Shown: positions 39,289 through 49,257 of the stretch, one piece after another
How the letters are laid out: every line of letters starts with the position of its first letter
How positions within the stretch are numbered: position 1 is the stretch's first letter
Source: Xenorhabdus szentirmaii DSM 16338
GTDB lineage: Bacteria > Pseudomonadota > Gammaproteobacteria > Enterobacterales > Enterobacteriaceae
Assembly: GCF_002632585.1 (NCBI RefSeq)
Contig: NZ_NIBV01000001.1
Span: 476,595 to 540,594 of the forward strand
Length of the DNA: 64,000 bases
Direction: 5' to 3'
Notes under the pieces: generated by a model
Database searches by the model: none
Told to the model about the DNA's origin: nothing
Seen by the model: only the letters and a program-made list of their open reading frames with translations
Program-made: the position numbers and the translations under genes

Positions 39289-41205
39289 ATGTCATTTTCG
39301 CCTGTGGATAATATATCGAGGAGCTTTACCGTGAATTCACATACATGGCACGATCAGCTAGATCAAGAGATCCGTGGCCTGATCGAACAAAATCATTTTT
39401 CCCTGCTTAATGAAAATGCCAATAAAGACAGTAAAGTCATCCCAACCCAACGCGATTTATTGGCTGGGATCGTCGCCAGACAGTATGCCAAACAGCATAT
39501 GTTGCCCCGTGATGTGGTAATGGCGCATGAAAAGGGAGAAATTCATTATCATGATCTGGATTACGCCCCTTTTTTCCCTATGTTCAACTGCATGCTGATT
39601 GACTTGCAAGGTATGTTAACCCATGGCTTTAAGATGGGTAACGCAGAGATTGAACCGCCCAAATCCATCTCTACTGCGACAGCGGTCACCGCTCAGATCA
39701 TCGCGCAAGTTGCCAGCCATATTTATGGTGGCACAACGATCAATCGCATTGATGAAGTCTTGGCGCCTTTCGTAAAAGCCAGTTATGACAAACATCTGGC
39801 CATTGCCAAAGAGTGGGAAATTGCAGATCAGGCCGCCTACGCAGAAGCCCGAACCGAAAAAGAGTGCTATGACGCTTTTCAGTCTCTGGAATACGAGGTC
39901 AATACACTGCATACCGCCAATGGGCAGACACCATTTGTCACATTTGGCTTCGGGCTGGGCACGTCAAAAGAGTCTCGTCTGATTCAGATTTCTATTCTGC
40001 GCAACCGCATTGCCGGTTTGGGGAAAAACCACAAGACCGCTGTGTTTCCTAAATTGGTTTTCGCCATTCGTGATGGGTTGAATCACCGATTTGGTGATCC
40101 CCACTATGATATTAAATTACTTGCGCTGGAATGTGCCAGTAAGCGGATGTATCCCGATATCCTCAATTATGATCAAGTGGTTAAGGTGACCGGCTCATTT
40201 AAAACGCCAATGGGTTGCCGCAGTTTTCTCGGTGTTTATGAAGAGAATGGTCAGCAATTGCATGAGGGGCGCAATAACTTAGGTGTGATCAGCCTTAATC
40301 TGCCCCGCATTGCGCTCGAAGCCAAAGGTCATGAGGCGAAATTCTGGGCGATTCTGGAGCAGCGTTTGGTGATGGCTAAAAAAGCGCTGATGACAAGAAT
40401 TTCCCGCCTCGAAAAGACGAAGGCTCGTGTTGCACCTATTCTCTATATGGAAGGAGCCTGTGGCGTTCGGCTGAAAGCGGATGACAATATTGCCGGGATT
40501 TTCAAACAGGGCCGTGCCTCTATTTCGTTGGGATATATCGGTATCCATGAAACGATAAATGCGTTATATGGCAACCATCCTCATCTCTTTGATGATGAAC
40601 AACGTCAGCAAAAAGCGCTTTCCATTGTCAAACGGTTACGTGAGGCTGTTGACCAATGGAAACATGAAACCGGCTATGGATTCAGTCTCTACAGTACCCC
40701 AAGTGAAAACTTGTGTGACCGTTTCTGTCGTCTGGATACCGCTGAATTTGGCGTGGTCCAGGGGGTCACGGATAAAGGCTATTACACCAATAGCTTCCAT
40801 TTGGATGTAGAAAAGAAGGTCAATCCCTACGATAAACTGGATTTTGAGGCAAAATATCCGCCACTGGCAAATGGCGGTTTTATCTGTTACGGCGAATACC
40901 CTAATCTGCAACATAATTTAAAAGCATTAGAAGATGTTTGGGATTACAGCTATTCGCGTGTTCCTTACTATGGAACCAATACCCCCATTGATGAGTGTTA
41001 CCAATGTGGTTTTACGGGAGAATTTACTTGTACCAGCAAAGGATTTACCTGCCCTCAATGTGGCAATCATGATCCTGCCCATGTTTCCGTCATCCGCCGT
41101 GTTTGTGGTTACTTGGGCAGCCCTGATGCCCGCCCCTTCAATGCAGGTAAACAGGAAGAAGTAAAACGCCGGGTGAAACATCTCAGGAATGGTCGGATGG
41201 ATTAA
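39289..41205 (+). CDS. nrdD: Anaerobic ribonucleoside-triphosphate reductase (class III) lacking the N-terminal ATP-cone. The real start may be the GTG at 39331.
   Basis: Near-identical to E. coli NrdD from residue about 95 onward, including the Zn ribbon CYQCGF..CPQCG and glycyl radical RVCGYLGSP. No ATP-cone is encoded upstream. Confidence 0.85.
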   Translation: MSFSPVDNISRSFTVNSHTWHDQLDQEIRGLIEQNHFSLLNENANKDSKVIPTQRDLLAGIVARQYAKQHMLPRDVVMAHEKGEIHYHDLDYAPFFPMFNCMLIDLQGMLTHGFKMGNAEIEPPKSISTATAVTAQIIAQVASHIYGGTTINRIDEVLAPFVKASYDKHLAIAKEWEIADQAAYAEARTEKECYDAFQSLEYEVNTLHTANGQTPFVTFGFGLGTSKESRLIQISILRNRIAGLGKNHKTAVFPKLVFAIRDGLNHRFGDPHYDIKLLALECASKRMYPDILNYDQVVKVTGSFKTPMGCRSFLGVYEENGQQLHEGRNNLGVISLNLPRIALEAKGHEAKFWAILEQRLVMAKKALMTRISRLEKTKARVAPILYMEGACGVRLKADDNIAGIFKQGRASISLGYIGIHETINALYGNHPHLFDDEQRQQKALSIVKRLREAVDQWKHETGYGFSLYSTPSENLCDRFCRLDTAEFGVVQGVTDKGYYTNSFHLDVEKKVNPYDKLDFEAKYPPLANGGFICYGEYPNLQHNLKALEDVWDYSYSRVPYYGTNTPIDECYQCGFTGEFTCTSKGFTCPQCGNHDPAHVSVIRRVCGYLGSPDARPFNAGKQEEVKRRVKHLRNGRMD

Positions 41206-41209
41206 TGTC

Positions 41210-41674
41210 ATGAATTATCATCAATATTATCCGGTTGATGTCGTCAATGGCCCGGGAACCCGCTGTACGCTGTTTGTATCAGGCTGTTTGCATCAATGTC
41301 GTGGTTGCTATAACCAAAGCACTTGGCGCGTGGATTCAGGCCAAGCTTTCACACCAGCAACCGAAGAACAGATTATTTCTGATTTGAAAGACCAGCGCAT
41401 AAGGCGGCAAGGATTATCGTTATCCGGAGGTGATCCTCTGCATCCCCATAATATTCCCGCCATACTGAGGCTGGTTAAGCATGTCAGAGAAGAGTGTCCG
41501 GATAAAGATATCTGGCTGTGGACGGGTTATGTCTTCAATGAGTTAAGTGACATCCAGCAAGAAGTCATCCGCTATATTCATGTGCTGGTTGATGGTAAGT
41601 TTGAGCAGGCGTTGTCTGATCCCACACTAATTTGGCGTGGTAGCCGCAATCAGGTCATTCACTATTTACGTTAA
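41210..41674 (+). CDS. nrdG: Class III RNR activating enzyme (radical SAM).
   Basis: [35 protein letters not shown] matches E. coli NrdG. Confidence 0.9.
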   Translation: MNYHQYYPVDVVNGPGTRCTLFVSGCLHQCRGCYNQSTWRVDSGQAFTPATEEQIISDLKDQRIRRQGLSLSGGDPLHPHNIPAILRLVKHVREECPDKDIWLWTGYVFNELSDIQQEVIRYIHVLVDGKFEQALSDPTLIWRGSRNQVIHYLR

Positions 41675-42108
41675 TTATTTTGGCGTTGCCAATGCAATTT
41701 AGTGCCAAAACCAAGAGTATTATCCACCATTTTTATTTCATTAAGATTAAGTTGCCAAATGGGTGACTTGCTTGCCAGAGCGACAGGAAAATGGTGACAG
41801 TAACGCTTTCTGGCCACAGCTTCCGCCTCACCTGTCAGCGGGATCACTTCACCGCGAAATTGAACACCTTTGATTTCAGCAACGTTATGGATTTGTTCAG
41901 CCACAGTGCCTGCAACAATGGGGTTTTTCTGCATCAGCTGCCCGTGGCGGGTATTGACTTCAGTCATAAACCAGAGTGCCATGCTATCAGCATCAAATAC
42001 ATAAAAGCAGCTTGCGCACCATAAATCCTGACTGGAAGAGGTACAAAGCGTAAATACATGCTGTTCAGCAAGATACTCTCTTATTGTTAAATTATTTTTA
42101 TCTGACAT
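41671..42108 (-). CDS. yhbP: PNPOx-like / YhbP family protein.
   Basis: 145 aa with a pyridoxamine-phosphate-oxidase-like fold signature. Confidence 0.6.
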   Translation of the reverse strand: MSDKNNLTIREYLAEQHVFTLCTSSSQDLWCASCFYVFDADSMALWFMTEVNTRHGQLMQKNPIVAGTVAEQIHNVAEIKGVQFRGEVIPLTGEAEAVARKRYCHHFPVALASKSPIWQLNLNEIKMVDNTLGFGTKLHWQRQNN

Positions 42109-42226
42109 TGCCTAATCCCATATAGTGATTAAATCTACTGATAACACAAAATGACTGGATTTTCATCCAGCCATTTTTACTGCATTTAATCTAACACACC
42201 ATGAGGTTTATATGGAAAACTATAAA

Positions 42227-42478
42227 TTATTTATAGAGTTCCGCTGTTCCATTGAGTTGGTTTTGACCAGAGGCAGAAATAATCCGGAAATATTTTGCGC
42301 CAGCTTCATCAGCTTTTTTGGATAATTCTTTAGTCAGAGCATCCAATGTTTCAGTACCCGCCACTGAAACAACACCGATTTTTTCTCCCTGAGCAACCTG
42401 AACCTCTGTAGCAGCAAATGAACCAAATGAAACAGCACCTAAAGCTAAAACTGCCATAATATTTTTAATAGCTTTCAT
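42227..42478 (-). CDS. DUF1471 (YdgH/BhsA/McbA family) periplasmic stress protein.
   Basis: 83 aa with a signal peptide and the family's C-terminal pattern. Confidence 0.6.
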   Translation of the reverse strand: MKAIKNIMAVLALGAVSFGSFAATEVQVAQGEKIGVVSVAGTETLDALTKELSKKADEAGAKYFRIISASGQNQLNGTAELYK

Positions 42479-42748
42479 CTTCTACTCCTTAGTTCGTTTT
42501 TTAAAAAAGGTTCATCCTTTGTGATGATGTGCATGTTATACGCCTGATAAGAAAATGATAATTAGCAAATGTTGCTATTGTTATTCTAATTTTTTGAACA
42601 ATAAGTACGTCAATCGTTAATATATTTATAATTAATTTAAATTAATTCAATTAATTGCGATAACAAAACAACTCAAATAAACTTATAATTGAATACAAAG
42701 TTAATTTTTATCTGTTATTACGCCTAAAACAATTATTAAAAATAAATA

Positions 42749-43084
42749 ATGAAATCTAAAACACCCAACTGGTATCTCTACCTCATCAGAACACGGGATG
42801 GCACGCTGTATACGGGGATCACAACCGATGTATCCCGTCGGTTTACACAACACACATCAGGCAAGGGCGCAAAGGCATTAAGGGGAAAAGGACCGTTGAC
42901 ATTGGTTTATACAAGTCTGGTCAGGAGCCAAGGCCTTGCATTGAAAGTGGAATACCGTGTCAAAAAACTCAGTAAAAAACAAAAAGAGAGGCTGATTGCC
43001 AATCAGCCTCTCTGTGTCATGACTTATTTAATATCAATGGGTTTACCTGAGAAGTTCTTCACCCATCCAGACCACACTCAATGA
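42749..43084 (+). CDS. yhbQ: GIY-YIG nuclease superfamily protein.
   Basis: [41 protein letters not shown] matches E. coli YhbQ. Confidence 0.85.
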   Translation: MKSKTPNWYLYLIRTRDGTLYTGITTDVSRRFTQHTSGKGAKALRGKGPLTLVYTSLVRSQGLALKVEYRVKKLSKKQKERLIANQPLCVMTYLISMGLPEKFFTHPDHTQ

Positions 43085-43088
43085 TCCA

Positions 43089-43607
43089 TTATCCGGACTG
43101 TGACCACAGATTCTCAAAATAACTGGGATAAGTCACCAAGCCCCGACAATTTTCCACTGAAGTATTAGAGAGGGGGTAGATCAGGAAATAATCTTCACAA
43201 TCAGGCCATTGGCAATACAGCTGGTGCTCATTGGCAAGCTCGAAACCCAAGTGGTGATAATATGTGGGCTCACCCAAGACAACAACGGCACCATACCCAA
43301 ATTCATTCAGGCTATCCAGCCCTTCATTGACCAGATATTCACTTAATTTGTGGTGACGGTATTGTTCCTCCACCGCCAATGCTGCCAGACCCACCCACTG
43401 GTGATCTTCGCCATTGAGATCAACTGGCGTGAAAGCAGCATAACCAATCACATGACCATCATCGTCAGTCGCAACAATGCCCAATGTCAATAAGCCATCT
43501 TCTCTTAATTGATTAATTAATTCAGCTTCTGCCGATGTTTCAAAAGACTGACGCAAAAGAGCATCAATCCCTACCGCATCGACCGGAATTTCTACCCTAA
43601 TTAACAT
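43089..43607 (-). CDS. yhbS: GNAT acetyltransferase.
   Basis: Collinear with E. coli YhbS (MLIRVEIP.D..GIDALLR.SFE...). Confidence 0.85.
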   Translation of the reverse strand: MLIRVEIPVDAVGIDALLRQSFETSAEAELINQLREDGLLTLGIVATDDDGHVIGYAAFTPVDLNGEDHQWVGLAALAVEEQYRHHKLSEYLVNEGLDSLNEFGYGAVVVLGEPTYYHHLGFELANEHQLYCQWPDCEDYFLIYPLSNTSVENCRGLVTYPSYFENLWSQSG

Positions 43608-43915
43608 GATGATAATGCGCGATCGTGCTGATCCACGCCCTCTTTCTGTCCCGCTTTGATAAATTCGGCTAACCGTAATACACCAAAACGGAGGATGGAT
43701 GGCATAGATTCCAGTTCAATAGAATCCATCAGATTTTTCACATGCAGTCCTAATTCTGTGTTTCCTTCAATACGTAAACGGTGCTGAAAAAACAGAGTGT
43801 CGGGATCTTCACGACGAGCAGCAATGAGGACGAAATCATTTAAGTCGCCACTCAAACTGACGTCTTCACTAGCATACTGTCGAACGACCAAATGGGAGTG
43901 GATTTTACTTAGCAC
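43601..43915 (-). CDS. ubiT: SCP2-domain protein corresponding to the C-terminal two thirds of UbiT (YhbT). It is N-terminally truncated relative to E. coli.
   Basis: Aligns to E. coli UbiT residues about 70-174. An in-frame stop lies 15 nt upstream of the GTG start. Confidence 0.5.
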   Translation of the reverse strand: MLSKIHSHLVVRQYASEDVSLSGDLNDFVLIAARREDPDTLFFQHRLRIEGNTELGLHVKNLMDSIELESMPSILRFGVLRLAEFIKAGQKEGVDQHDRALSSC

Positions 43916-44150
43916 AGTTCAGACTCCTTTTAATGCAAAGTGACGCGCTATTCTGCCAAGATCCTGCTGTATTCCCCGATCCTACATCAAGAATCGATAA
44001 TAAATCCCTTGCAGCAAAACGTCTACAGGGGAAACACAAGAAAAGTGAACACAATAATGCTTCAAATCAAAGCATCCCATTGCCCAACTCGCGACAATAC
44101 TCAATGACGACTCAATACCCGGCGGTATCTTACAGATGATATATTCTTTA

Positions 44151-45365
44151 TCAGTCATGAATGAAAAAGCGTTTTATGCGCTGGGTAACGCCCCGCAATT
44201 CCCCATTGCGCAACATGCCGACCAAAATGCCCAGAATCATATATATCACCCCAAGCAACAGCATCATGCCAATATCCTTGAACACACTGTGCAATGGCAA
44301 ACCCATTTGGTTGATGCCTGCGATAGCTTTTGTCGCCCAAGTGGATGGCAATGCCGATGAAATCATCCGTACCCAATCGGGCATCGCCTGAATCGGCCAG
44401 ATTGTCCCCGAAATGTAGAAAATCGGTGTCGTGATAAAAGCCAGTGTCAGGTAGATCATTTCCACACTGCGTAAACATTCCGTCACCAGTTTGCCCAGCC
44501 CCAGTACCGCCAGCAAAAATGGGAATGTCAGTAGCAACAGGAGATAAATCGGTGCATCTTGCCGATATCCCAATACCCACGGCCACAAGACAAAAAAGAT
44601 CACCGACAAAAACAGCCAGATGGGAATTAAGGCAGACAAAGCCCCTAAATAAACGGGCAGCGGTGGCTTACCTTTAGGTGTTCCCCTTATCGCCACACTG
44701 ACACGGATGCTCGCAATCAATAAAGAATGCTGCAAAAGCATCACTAACAAACCGGGAAAAACTATCGCGGCATAGCTGATGCCCGGATTAAATAACCCGA
44801 TTGTTTCTCCACGAATTGGCTGTAGTAAGAGCTTCACCTGTTCTGTGCTGAAACCCGCTTTTAATAGCAGCGCGCCATTAAATTCTGATAAAAGTTGCTG
44901 ATAAGCTAATGCCAGATCCTGTTGTATCTGCCCATTTGCAAGACGGTTAGTTGCATCCCCATAAACAGGAACAGTGACGTTGATTCCGCTCAACAGGTGT
45001 TTTTCAAAATCGACGGGCACGATAATAATGGCAAAAATTTTTCTCAGGAGCATGTCCTGACGCGCATTATCGAGATTGTTATAGCCCTTGACTTCAACTT
45101 TCGCTGTAGAATCAATCCGGCGGATCAATGCCCAGCTCATGTGGCTGTGATCCTGATCGATCACTGCCACCGGCAAATCCCACAAAGAAGGGCGCACATA
45201 CACCAGACTCATGATACACAGCGAGATGATCAAGAGCAGCCAGAGGGGTTTTTCCAGCATCCCGAGAAAGACGTTGCGAAATGTCTGCCAATACAATGTC
45301 CAGTTAACTCGTCCATTATTATCCGCCATCATGCAGCTCCTTCTGATTGAGTAAGACGCACCCAT
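44151..45365 (-). CDS. ABC-2 family transporter permease.
   Basis: 404 aa with TM1, a large periplasmic loop, and five more TM helices. Confidence 0.75.
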   Translation of the reverse strand: MGASYSIRRSCMMADNNGRVNWTLYWQTFRNVFLGMLEKPLWLLLIISLCIMSLVYVRPSLWDLPVAVIDQDHSHMSWALIRRIDSTAKVEVKGYNNLDNARQDMLLRKIFAIIIVPVDFEKHLLSGINVTVPVYGDATNRLANGQIQQDLALAYQQLLSEFNGALLLKAGFSTEQVKLLLQPIRGETIGLFNPGISYAAIVFPGLLVMLLQHSLLIASIRVSVAIRGTPKGKPPLPVYLGALSALIPIWLFLSVIFFVLWPWVLGYRQDAPIYLLLLLTFPFLLAVLGLGKLVTECLRSVEMIYLTLAFITTPIFYISGTIWPIQAMPDWVRMISSALPSTWATKAIAGINQMGLPLHSVFKDIGMMLLLGVIYMILGILVGMLRNGELRGVTQRIKRFFIHD

Positions 45366-46474
45366 AAGCGATTGCGGATCAAGAAACCACAGACCGCAGG
45401 ATAGATTAGCAATACCAGGCAGACATGCAGAATAACGTGTAAAGAGACTTCCCTCAGAAAGATGTCGAACATAGCATTCAACGCATGAGTCAAGGGTTCG
45501 AGGTTAGAAATGATCCTTGCAGGCCATACCATGGAGAGTTCAGGCACAACCATGCCGGAAAAGGCCATTGCAATACTCACCAGCATACCGATTAGGGAGT
45601 AAGCAGTAATGGCGCTGCTGGTAAACGTAAATAACAGCAACCCAATACTTTGTGCCGCAATAACATAGAAAAATCCGACAATTGGCATATACAGGGGATT
45701 GCCTGTCACTTTCGCATCAGAAAAAACAACCAGTGCAGTGATTTCCAAGATTAATAGCAGGGTAAAAATTAAGGTATAGGGCACTAATTTCCCCAACAAT
45801 GCCCCCACGACAGATTTTGTTTTCAAAAGCTGCTTATCTCTGGACATTGTATAAATGGTGCTCGTTACCACAAAAAGCTGCAATAAATGGATGATTGCCG
45901 CAAATTGCTGGTAATAAATATAGCTGCCACTGGCGTTGAACAAGCTGTCATAGGACATCGTGGCCTTGGCTAAAGGAGGCAGTTGTTGACCGATTTCTGA
46001 TGCGATAATTGCACGATATTTTGCATTTGCCTCAGCCATCAATCCGCTGAAGTCCTGAATGGAATAACGCCCGGCACCGTAAAACAGGGCATTGTAATAG
46101 GCGCTTACCGTGGGCTGCCTGCCACTTAACGCATCTTTTTCAAAATTCTCAGGGAAATAAACCAATGCATAATCTTCTGCGCGGCTCAGACGCTCCAGAG
46201 ATTCCGGCAGGTTACTGTCATAAGATTTGATATTCGCATGGGGCGCCGCATTCAAGTCACGGATCAGGGTGCGGGACAACGTACTCTGATCATTATCCAC
46301 AACCGACACTGGCAAGTTGAATAATGTTCCTTCCGAAAAGTTTGCATTGATCAAAATAAACAGCAAAAAAGGAAATAACCAGCTCAGCCAGTGAAATACC
46401 GGATTGTGAAGTGCAGCCTTAAGTTCTCGCGTGAACGCCAGTCCAAAACTGCGCCACGCAAATTTTCTGTTCAT
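45329..46474 (-). CDS. ABC-2 family transporter permease.
   Basis: 381 aa with the same architecture. Confidence 0.75.
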   Translation of the reverse strand: MNRKFAWRSFGLAFTRELKAALHNPVFHWLSWLFPFLLFILINANFSEGTLFNLPVSVVDNDQSTLSRTLIRDLNAAPHANIKSYDSNLPESLERLSRAEDYALVYFPENFEKDALSGRQPTVSAYYNALFYGAGRYSIQDFSGLMAEANAKYRAIIASEIGQQLPPLAKATMSYDSLFNASGSYIYYQQFAAIIHLLQLFVVTSTIYTMSRDKQLLKTKSVVGALLGKLVPYTLIFTLLLILEITALVVFSDAKVTGNPLYMPIVGFFYVIAAQSIGLLLFTFTSSAITAYSLIGMLVSIAMAFSGMVVPELSMVWPARIISNLEPLTHALNAMFDIFLREVSLHVILHVCLVLLIYPAVCGFLIRNRLWVRLTQSEGAA

Positions 46475-46486
46475 CAGGCCACAACC

Positions 46487-47455
46487 TTATTTATCCCAGT
46501 CCCATAATGCACTCATACCCGGACGTAACCCATCAACGGGTTGCAACGGGTATAACCGGATCTCAAAAGTTCTCAGGTCAAAATCCCCTGTCGCACGGGT
46601 GGCGCGTTTTGTCGCATAGTCGCCCATGGGTGCGATATAACGGATTTCGGCTTCAACGTCTTTATCGAGAGCAGGTATACGCAGTGTGATTTTGTCCCCT
46701 TTACGCACTTTCGCCAGAATATCTTCACGCAAGTTATAAACGAAGTAAGCTTGTGGAACGCGAACCAATGTCGCCAACGGGCTATTGGCATTAAAAAGCT
46801 GGCCAACTTCTGCGGGTAATGGCCCGACTTCACCATCAACAGGCGCTTTTACCTGTAGGTCATTACCCTGGATTTTCAATTCACGCAGTTTCTCTTCCGC
46901 TTCATTCACTGCCGCCTGATATTGTTGACGCAATTCAATGCGATCGCCATTTTTCCCTGCATCCAGCTCGGCTTTAGCGCCCAGCATTTTCTGGTAGGCA
47001 ACATCACGTGTATTACGTGCACTATCCAATGCGCTGGCAGAAACATAACCTTTAACTGACACATTGCTCATGCGCTCAAATTCACGCTGTGCATTTTTGT
47101 ATGCGGATTGGGCCTGCGCAAAAATAGACTCTAAGTTACGAATGCTCTCCTCACGGGTACCATGCAGGGAGAGTTCAAGTTTTGCTCTTGCCTGATCACG
47201 GGCAGCTTGTGCTCCGGCAACTTTTGCATCCAGTTCCGGGCTATCCAGACTGACCATCAGTTGCCCCGCCTTAACGTCATCTCCCCGCCCAACATGGAGC
47301 GCAACCACACGACCAGAGGCTTTGGAAGCAATAATGACTTCGGGTGCATCAACTTCGCCCTGCAACAACAAATTCTGGTTGTGAGAACGGAAAAGCACCG
47401 CCATTGCGATCAGGAAAATAATTAATAATATTGTGAAAAGTGTTCTTTTCTTCAT
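46487..47455 (-). CDS. HlyD-family membrane fusion / secretion protein.
   Basis: N-terminal TM, coiled coils and a beta-barrel, and about 322 aa. Confidence 0.8.
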   Translation of the reverse strand: MKKRTLFTILLIIFLIAMAVLFRSHNQNLLLQGEVDAPEVIIASKASGRVVALHVGRGDDVKAGQLMVSLDSPELDAKVAGAQAARDQARAKLELSLHGTREESIRNLESIFAQAQSAYKNAQREFERMSNVSVKGYVSASALDSARNTRDVAYQKMLGAKAELDAGKNGDRIELRQQYQAAVNEAEEKLRELKIQGNDLQVKAPVDGEVGPLPAEVGQLFNANSPLATLVRVPQAYFVYNLREDILAKVRKGDKITLRIPALDKDVEAEIRYIAPMGDYATKRATRATGDFDLRTFEIRLYPLQPVDGLRPGMSALWDWDK

Positions 47456-48404
47456 TATGTTCTGTAAGTCCCAAGCGTACTATCAGGTACTAAGTTCTGT
47501 ACCCAATGGATTTCAAGTTGCAGCGCAACGATAAGGGCGCGGCTCCCAAGAGCCACAGCAAACCGCATGTTGATAAAAACGGTGACTGAGGTGAATGAGC
47601 GTCGCCAGTGAAACGGCAACTTGAAAGACAATGGGTATATGTAAAATTAACAGTGTAGTGTGACACTATTGAGTAACATTCTTTTTAGAAATCCGTGCGC
47701 TTGATCATTGACAAAAATGAAATTCCCATAAAAACACTAAAAATTCACAACTTCACCAAAATGTCAACCTGAAATATGAATTTTAGCATATTTCAATTAA
47801 CACGCCATCATGCAGATGATAGCACCAAGATAATACAAATCATCGAATTAAAATAAAGCAATAAATGAAAATGACAATTATTACCAAGTGTCGATTTATC
47901 AATCACAAAATAACCAACGCATCAGTATGAATAACTTGTAATACAATGTTATTATTTTCTTTATGATAATAATCAAAAAATATAGATTAGCATTAATATC
48001 CATTTACATAAAAAAGAAAGATCGGCAATAAAAAAACCAATAAAATCTAATCGCCGAATAAGGTGATTGAATAGATGCACAGACATACTACAGCTGTACC
48101 GTTATTAAAAGAAACTTTAATATATTTATATCATCACCGGCAGAATAAATGCGCCCAGTTTTGTCTTTTCAAGAATATTATTCAGATATTTCTATCTACA
48201 AAAACTTATTAACCCGACACCAATGCAGAATAAAAAATAAACATCATTTCTGTATCATTAAATTTTTATATTAAATATAAAAATCATAACAGAATATAAT
48301 AATCAAAATAAAATAGTAAACAATAGAAATCTAAACATATCCATACCGTCAATATCATTGCATTTCCATTTTTTTATTATGACGTTCAGATAAATAAGAT
48401 AAAA

Positions 48405-48445
48405 AAAAGGGAGATCACCGTGATCACCCCATTTTTATCTATTAT
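48405..48445. terminator. Bidirectional rho-independent terminator.
   Basis: aaaaaaaaGGGAGATCACCGTGATCACCCCatttttat. Confidence 0.55.
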
Positions 48446-48541
48446 TAGGATATCTACTCTGTTCAAACTATTTAATATGCAATATGTGGTGTTCCCCTAA
48501 GCCTTGACAGTGGTCATTTCAGGTAAAATACAGGCACAGTG

Positions 48542-48626
48542 ATTGAAACTTAGCTATTGAAACTGAGCTATTGAGACTGAGTTATTGAACCTTAGATATT
48601 AGATCCTGATTATTGAACAGATTTTA
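48542..48626. repeat. Degenerate 14-bp tandem repeat (TTGAAACTGAGCTA-like) with about 6 copies, immediately 3' of the recombinase gene.
   Basis: attgaaacttagcta ttgaaactgagcta ttgagactgagtta ttgaaccttagata ttagatcctgatta ttgaacag. Confidence 0.7.
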
Positions 48627-48633
48627 CCAATAA

Positions 48634-49257
48634 TTAAGGCGTGATATATTTACCATGATTAATTTTTAAGTTTTCAGTATGTTGCCATGCTTTTTGAAAA
48701 CGTTCTGGATTGCTGGCGGTATAATGCATGGTATGACGTATATTCCGATGGCCTAAATAATCCTGAATCAGCCGGGTATCCAGCCCCTGATTAGCCAGCT
48801 CAAACCCGCATGAATGCCGTAACTTGTGAGGATGTAATTTGATTGTCAATCCTGCTTGCTCCCCATATCTCCCCATTAATACATATATCCACTGACGCGA
48901 TAACTTTCCTCCTTTACGTGAAGGAAATAACCAGGAAGAAGCCCTGTATATCTTATTGTCATCTCTGACCTGCAACCATTTCAATAGAAGTTTCTGTTCC
49001 GTTGCTGATATAGGGTGCGTTGTCGAGAAACCATTTTTCAATCGCTTTATAAATATGGTTTTTCCTGCAATATCGATATCAGAGATTTTTAATGAAATCA
49101 ACTCACTCACACGTAGGCCATGAATATAAGTCAAGTACAATAAACACTGATCACGCTCTTTATTTACAGAATTAGTTAATACAGAAAAAACACGCTTCCA
49201 TTCGTCCTGTGTGATGTATTTTCTCATGAGATATCTCCAATAAAACGAACCCAGCAC
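48634..49257 (-). CDS. FimB/FimE-family tyrosine site-specific recombinase (phase-variation type).
   Basis: 207 aa. The C-terminal HPHKLRHSCGFELANQGLDTRLIQDYLGHRNIRHTMHYT is nearly identical to the FimB/FimE catalytic region. Confidence 0.85.
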   Translation of the reverse strand: MLGSFYWRYLMRKYITQDEWKRVFSVLTNSVNKERDQCLLYLTYIHGLRVSELISLKISDIDIAGKTIFIKRLKNGFSTTHPISATEQKLLLKWLQVRDDNKIYRASSWLFPSRKGGKLSRQWIYVLMGRYGEQAGLTIKLHPHKLRHSCGFELANQGLDTRLIQDYLGHRNIRHTMHYTASNPERFQKAWQHTENLKINHGKYITP

